Of a stretch of DNA of 32,000 bases, positions 29,199 to 32,000 are shown piece by piece. Origin of the DNA: Raphidiopsis brookii D9 (lineage in GTDB: Bacteria > Cyanobacteriota > Cyanobacteriia > Cyanobacteriales > Nostocaceae); NCBI GenBank assembly GCA_000175855.1, contig ACYB01000011.1:1-32000 (forward strand). Reading direction: 5' to 3'. The notes under the pieces were generated by a model that was given only the letters and a program-made list of their open reading frames with translations, was not told the origin of the DNA and ran no database searches. How positions within the stretch are numbered: position 1 is the first letter of the stretch; the number at the start of each line of letters is the position of its first letter. The position numbers were made by a program, and so were the translations under genes.

Positions 29199-29320
29199 AG
29201 TAAGTTCTTTTTTCGGTCTGAAATAAATAAATGTCAAGATTTGCCCATTGTAGATCATAGGCAAAAAGCAGGCAAAGATTTGAGAATATAGACGGTTTCA
29301 CCTAGAAGATCCCAAAGATC

Positions 29321-30664
29321 TCACTCCACCAGTTCACCACTTAAACTAAAAGCGCGAACCTCCTGAATTTTTACCCTGACCATTCTTCCTCTCAGTTGGT
29401 TGATATCCCCCTGAAAGAAGGCCAGACGGTTCCCTCTGGTTCTACCCATAACCTGGGATTGATCCTTGGGATTTTGATCTTCTACCAATACTTCCTCCAT
29501 TCTCCCCAGATAACGCTGCGATCGCTGTGCTGCTTTCACATTCACTAAGTGATTCAATCTTTGCAAGCGATCGCTCTTGATTTCTTCACTCAACTGATTA
29601 TCCCACAGTGCTGCTGGAGTACCGGGACGGGGTGAATAAGCAGCAGTATTTAAATGGTCAAATCCAATGTCATCAACCAATTGTAGAGTATTTTGAAACT
29701 GTATTTCTGTTTCTCCGGGAAATCCCACAATAGCATCTGCGCTGATAGAAGCATCTGGCATATAGCTACGAATTGTGTTAATAATCCGCCGATATTTTTC
29801 TTGAGTATAACCTCGGGACATGGCCTTCAGTATTTCATTATCTCCGGATTGAAAGGGAATATGAAAGTGTTCACAAATTTTGGGTAGCTCTGCACATGCT
29901 TTAATTAACCTTTCTGTAAAGTAGCGAGGGTGACTAGTAGCAAATCTAATTCTTTCGATACCCGGCACATCGTGAACATAATAGAGTAAATCGGTAAAAG
30001 TGTGCAAATTGCGACCTTCAGTGGTTGAACCGGGTAGATCTCTGCCATAAGCATCAATATTTTGACCCAAAAGAGTGATTTCTCGATAACCCTGTTGACC
30101 CAGAATTTCCATTTCTCCACGAATAGCTTCGGGGGTACGAGACTGCTCCACACCCCGGACATTAGGGACTACACAATAGGTACAACGTTCATTACAACCA
30201 TAAATTACGTTCACCCAAGCAGTTACCCGACTATCACGACGGGGCTGGGTAATATCCTCTAAAATGTGTACCTCTTCTGTAGCTACCACTTGATTGCCCG
30301 CAAAAACCGAATCCAATAAATCCTGCAAGCGGTTAGCATATTGGGGACCCATAACTAAATCTAATTCTGGCACTCGTCGCAACAAAGCCTGACCTTCTTG
30401 TTGTGCCACGCAACCAGCAACAACTAGAGTCAAATCCGGTTCTTGGTGTTTACGTTTGGCCTGTCTACCCAAATAAGAGTAAACTTTTTGTTCTGCATTG
30501 TCCCGAATAGTGCAAGTATTATAGACAATCAGATTAGCATTCTGAGGATTTTCTGACCATTCAAAGCCCATATCTTCCAGTATACCAGCCATGCGCTCTG
30601 AGTCAGCTTTATTCATTTGGCAACCGAATGTGGTAATGTGATAACGACGAGGTAAACCATTCAT
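29321..30664 (-). CDS. miaB: tRNA-2-methylthio-N6-dimethylallyladenosine synthase
   Basis: [34 protein letters not shown] radical-SAM motif, C-terminal TRAM-like domain. Confidence 0.97.
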   Translation of the reverse strand: MNGLPRRYHITTFGCQMNKADSERMAGILEDMGFEWSENPQNANLIVYNTCTIRDNAEQKVYSYLGRQAKRKHQEPDLTLVVAGCVAQQEGQALLRRVPELDLVMGPQYANRLQDLLDSVFAGNQVVATEEVHILEDITQPRRDSRVTAWVNVIYGCNERCTYCVVPNVRGVEQSRTPEAIRGEMEILGQQGYREITLLGQNIDAYGRDLPGSTTEGRNLHTFTDLLYYVHDVPGIERIRFATSHPRYFTERLIKACAELPKICEHFHIPFQSGDNEILKAMSRGYTQEKYRRIINTIRSYMPDASISADAIVGFPGETEIQFQNTLQLVDDIGFDHLNTAAYSPRPGTPAALWDNQLSEEIKSDRLQRLNHLVNVKAAQRSQRYLGRMEEVLVEDQNPKDQSQVMGRTRGNRLAFFQGDINQLRGRMVRVKIQEVRAFSLSGELVE

Positions 30665-31286
30665 AGTAAATTACGCTTAATCAATTTTACTTACTTTACT
30701 TACTTTATAGTAGCGAGGAATTAGCAATTAACTTAATATAACCCAATTATTTAGAATGAGGTATTAGCCTGTAAATCAATCTTTCTTTATCACATATATG
30801 ATATATTAGTCAATATATCCTAGGGTAGATATTAACTATGTCTTAGGGTAGATGAGAGAGAGAGGAAAACGTTATATCTTCTACATGAGATATAACTAAA
30901 GTCTATTCATGGGAATACTCTAGTCAAAGCTGGGTTGTTTTAACAATTGCAGTCAATCAATTATCAAACTCCTTGCTTGCAAAAAACATTAATGACTTCA
31001 AAATACCTCTAAAAGGTCTCTACCTACATAGAAACTGATTAGGGGTATTTTTATTGATAATGATTTAACGAGTTTATTTAAAAGTATGTGGTATCCTAAT
31101 TCAAGATTAATTAATACAATAATCGTCACTTGTCATCAACCAATCATATAAAATATTAAAATAGAAGATAAATCCTTTTGCTATTATAGCTTTAGTCAGA
31201 ATGCTGGGTAAAAGTGAGAGCAGGCGTTTTGACTCATTTTGGGGCTATAAAGCCAAAACAGTTAAGTAGGTTATCAAGCGAATCGC

Positions 31287-32000
31287 ATGAAAAGTAAACA
31301 GAAAAAAGCCAATCAAATACTAACAGGCGTTGCCATACTCAGCATAGTCTTTTCGCCCAGTTTTGTCCTAGCAACCCCACCGCGAAATCCAGACAAAATC
31401 GTTAACTGTGAAATTCTCATTGTAGGTGGTGGACTTTCAGGAATTGCCACAGCTTACGAAAGTTTACTAACAGGGAACACAGTTTGTTTAACTGAAATAA
31501 CTGACTGGTTAGGGGGACAAATTTCCGCCCAGGGTACATCAGCACTAGATGAAAGACCAACCCAACGGATCAAAAGATTTTACTCTCGCGGGTATTTAGA
31601 ATTAAGAGACCGGATTGCCAAAAAATATGGGACAATTAACCCTGGTGACTGTTGGGTAAGCGACTCTTGTTTTCTCCCCGGGGATGGTCATAGGATTCTT
31701 TACCAAATGTTGCAAGATGCACAAAACAAAGGAAGAGGAAAATTACACTTTTTTCCCAATACCGTGGTTAAAGATCTAGAGATTTCTCAAAATGGTAAGA
31801 TCATTAACAGCGCGATCGCAATTCAACATCAACCAGCGAAAAATGCACCACCGCTGAATACATTCCCCCTATCTCAGACCATAGAGGATTCTTACAGTTA
31901 TAAAAACTCATCCAGCTTGGATAAAACCATTATCCGTTTTGTTCCCAAAACATCCCCAAAAACCAAACAATGGTATATTGTGGATGCTACTGAAACTGGG
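31287..32000 (+). CDS. FAD-dependent oxidoreductase with N-terminal signal-like segment, truncated by window edge
   Basis: MKSKQKKANQILTGVAILSIVFSPSFVLA followed by Rossmann motif CEILIVGGGLSGIATAYESLLTGNTVCLTE. Reads to the end of the window without a stop. Confidence 0.85.
   Translation, partial: MKSKQKKANQILTGVAILSIVFSPSFVLATPPRNPDKIVNCEILIVGGGLSGIATAYESLLTGNTVCLTEITDWLGGQISAQGTSALDERPTQRIKRFYSRGYLELRDRIAKKYGTINPGDCWVSDSCFLPGDGHRILYQMLQDAQNKGRGKLHFFPNTVVKDLEISQNGKIINSAIAIQHQPAKNAPPLNTFPLSQTIEDSYSYKNSSSLDKTIIRFVPKTSPKTKQWYIVDATETG

Noticed and set aside
29199-29264. N-terminal extension of aspS ([22 protein letters not shown])
   Set aside because: Does not match AspRS; the canonical start is MRTHYCG at 29198.

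Overview
Cyanobacterial chromosomal window. psbA, ftsH, HIP1 octamers (GCGATCGC) and the overall gene content suggest a heterocyst-forming or Raphidiopsis/Cylindrospermopsis-like lineage; the lineage is inference. The first ~4 kb is a scrambled accessory region. It holds the 5' end of psbA (minus, cut by the window edge), a MNT/HEPN remnant, a solitary D12/Dam-type adenine methyltransferase, a 5'-truncated psbA copy, a 62-bp direct repeat adjoining both psbA pieces, a ribbon-helix-helix gene split by an in-frame amber codon, an effector-associated-domain (EAD1-like) ORF, and a C-terminally truncated formylglycine-generating-enzyme-like gene in opposite orientation. The rest is mostly housekeeping: a two-domain histidine phosphatase, a dihydroorotase-like protein with degenerate metal ligands, ung, gatB, argJ, glcE, glcF, an aminotransferase class IV gene, ftsH, tilS, a DHH phosphoesterase, an HNH nuclease, alr, tRNA-Leu(UAG), a PD-(D/E)XK-like protein, aspS, miaB and an FAD-oxidoreductase. 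Two loci deserve most attention. One is a three-gene minus-strand cassette (13400-15716) of unassigned proteins that all carry the same D-G-D-I module. The other is a CheW / short MCP-like / CheA-like operon (18710-22262) whose CheA homologue lacks an Hpt domain and canonical ATP-binding boxes.
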